Assembly: GCF_000143415.4 (NCBI RefSeq)
Contig: NW_003314273.1
Location: 2,236,597 to 2,300,596 of the forward strand
Reading direction: 5' to 3'
Source: Selaginella moellendorffii
Taxonomy: Eukaryota > Plantae > Lycopodiophyta
DNA length: 64,000 bases
The first letter of the stretch is position 1, and each line of letters begins with the position of its first letter. A program made the translations under genes and the position numbers. Shown in pieces: positions 61,906-64,000 of the stretch. The notes under the pieces are model-generated. The model saw only the letters and a program-made list of their open reading frames with translations, was not told the origin of the DNA and made no database searches.

Positions 61906-62160
61906 AATTGGATTAATAAATAAGAATAAAAATATTATTAAGCATAATTCATAACAAATTTTTGTGATAACCTATAGAAAAAAAAACCATATATGGGAAA
62001 AAAAACCAGTGTCGTATCTTTAGTAAGGAGATATAGTACTCACTTCCACGACAAAGATAGCCTTCTTGACAGCCTTGAGGGAGATGGCACAGGCTCCTCT
62101 GGAGGCAGCAGCCATTGCCAAAGGGTACTACTGTCAACTTCCCAGCCAAGATGAGAGATG

Positions 62161-62429
62161 CTTTATTTCGTTAAAGTGGAACTTATTCAGTAAAGTGGGA
62201 CATTAATTAGCATGTGTCCACATGCCATTTCCTAGTACTTAATTAATATTTATCAGTTTTTTAATTTATTTTTTATATTTCACAATATTATAACACAAAA
62301 TCATATGAAAAGTTTCTAATTTATAAATTATAAAGCTAAAACTTCAATTTTTTATTGTTGTTATAAAAATAGCATGTGGCCACACACCATAAGTGGGATA
62401 ATAAAAAGTTCCACTTTAACAAAATAAAG
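62161..62429. mobile_element. MITE-like element with ~65-bp imperfect TIRs
   Basis: ctttatttcgttaaagtggaactt...gtccacatgccattt pairs with aaatagcatgtggccac...aagttccactttaacaaaataaag around an AT-rich core. Confidence 0.65.
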
Positions 62430-63429
62430 TATAGAGCCAACTGCAAAGATTTTCTACTCGAGAGCATCCCGAAATGCAAATCTGACTATCCTCTGGTGAG
62501 GCTCAAGGGGGACTTCCAGCAGCACTACACTGGATCACGCATGGTATGGCTTCAAGAAGCTGGAAACTTTCCTAGACTTTGCTGGAGCTGCTCATAGGCA
62601 TCTGGACGGGGTCAGGCTGCCAGAAGCTTCTTCACTTGAAGAAGTTGGAAGATAACAAGATCAAGGGCAAGGACAACATCAAGAACAGGTGCTTCTGTTC
62701 TTGACGAGGAGGAGGAGCTTGACGAGGTTGCGATGACTCTAGAACCAGAGGAGGAAAAGAAGAAGGAAGAAAAAGCAATGGTGGATGTGAAGAAGTGGAA
62801 GAAAGCTACCACGGTTAGCGTCCAGGCAACATGGAAAGCCCAGGCTCCCACAAGCAATGCCAAGGCACAAGGAGTGAACAAGAGTAGCAGCAGTGGCAAG
62901 CTCAAGATGGGGGGTGGAAAGCTAAGCATGAGCTCCCGCCTTGTTTGAGGCTCTGTTTCACGGAGAATGTGGCTGAGAGTAGCCTCGCTGATGGATTGAT
63001 TGATTATCATGGTGTGACTTGAGCTGCGAATTTTCGTTAATAGGGTGGACTGACGCTGACTACTATCAGTCAACGCTATCTCATTACTGTTCTAATGAGC
63101 TCATTCTAATGAGTTCATTGATGTGCTTAAAAAGCTGGTAAAGAATTAGTGACTAACGTTGACTTCGATAACTACTATAATCTACTGATAAGAAATGTTA
63201 TTGAAAGTTTATATTTTTAAAAACAGGAAATTAAATGTCCAAAGTGTTTGTTTGAGACTTGCAATATAATCTCCCAATTGAATATCTCTCTGTTGTCTTA
63301 ATGAAAAATTGTTGTCTTGTTGCCTTGTTTGAGACTTGCAAATCATAACCTCCTACTTCAAATGCCTCCAGACTTCTCCATCTGTTATAATTTTGATTGA
63401 ATACGGCCAACAAGCCTTTGCCTGTTGCG

Positions 63430-64000
63430 GTTTAGAAAAACCGAAGTAATTTGTTTCATGAATCTTCATTCTGTGCCTGCAACCTCAAGCGTATCATCAG
63501 TCCAAAACGACTGAAAATTATACCTCCTTTCGCTCTAAGCTCCATCGAGCTCAAGCTTAACCTCCGAGGTGGAAGGCTAGTTCAAGCAGAAGTTATACTT
63601 TAACTCGAGGCATGGAGACTGTTTACCTTGGCATCTGAGTCGTGTACACGAGCAGCCAAATGCAAACCTCCAGAATTGGCCGAGTGATTTGCCTCAACCA
63701 CGGGCTTCTCCAGATTCTCCACCTCACGGATCCTAAAAGTGCTCCATTAGTCACTTGTTCTATCTCTCAAGCATGAAGACTTACCTGTGGGAGTGCTTGT
63801 TGCCGGGCCTCCTCATCCCAAACTCGATGATCCTTTGCATGTGCTTCTCCATCTCAGCTCACTTCTCCGCTGCTGCCGGAAGCCGAACAATGAAAGCATC
63901 TCCAGGATCGAACACAGTGCCACGACAAGACAATGGATCCAAAGCCTGTTCCTGGGCTCTTCAATCATTGCCGCTCTGACGAGCAGCACTCGACAAGAAT
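63430..64000 (-). pseudogene. Spliced gene fragment of unknown identity, continuing off the right edge
   Basis: Alternating GC-richer segments and ~50-bp gt..ag introns (e.g. ~63734-63784), but in-frame stops and no recognisable domain. Confidence 0.3.

Overview
Eukaryotic land-plant genomic DNA. Very short introns (~50-100 bp), tiny intergenic spaces, GC-rich exons, GATC-rich UTRs and an SS-repeat-rich PLS PPR gene point to a lycophyte such as Selaginella (inference from sequence style only). There are four zones. (1) 1-13.1 kb: SDR pseudogene fragments and AT-rich transposon debris (PIF/Harbinger transposase remnant, foldback element, tandem and duplicated repeats). (2) 13.1-23.8 kb: a rearranged mosaic of duplicated and inverted fragments (GDSL and O-fucosyltransferase pseudogenes, PPR and SDR fragments) around an intact UGT and a near-intact stand-alone SDR. 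(3) 24-55.5 kb: a dense block of intact genes (PLS-E PPR, TSSC4-like, MED26/TFIIS-N, two GASA/Snakin, two PLATZ, RPS24, a divergent signal-peptide-bearing PEBP, SS4, ClpX, PP2A B', GAUT1-like). (4) 56-64 kb: Ty3/Gypsy remnants, repeats and gene fragments. The best novelty candidate is the apparently secreted FT/TFL1/MFT-like PEBP at 41455-42033. Other highlights are a clean AT-bounded micro-inversion between two duplicated segments and a B-box-containing repeat pair bracketing two pseudogenes. Family assignments come from recalled motifs, not database searches.
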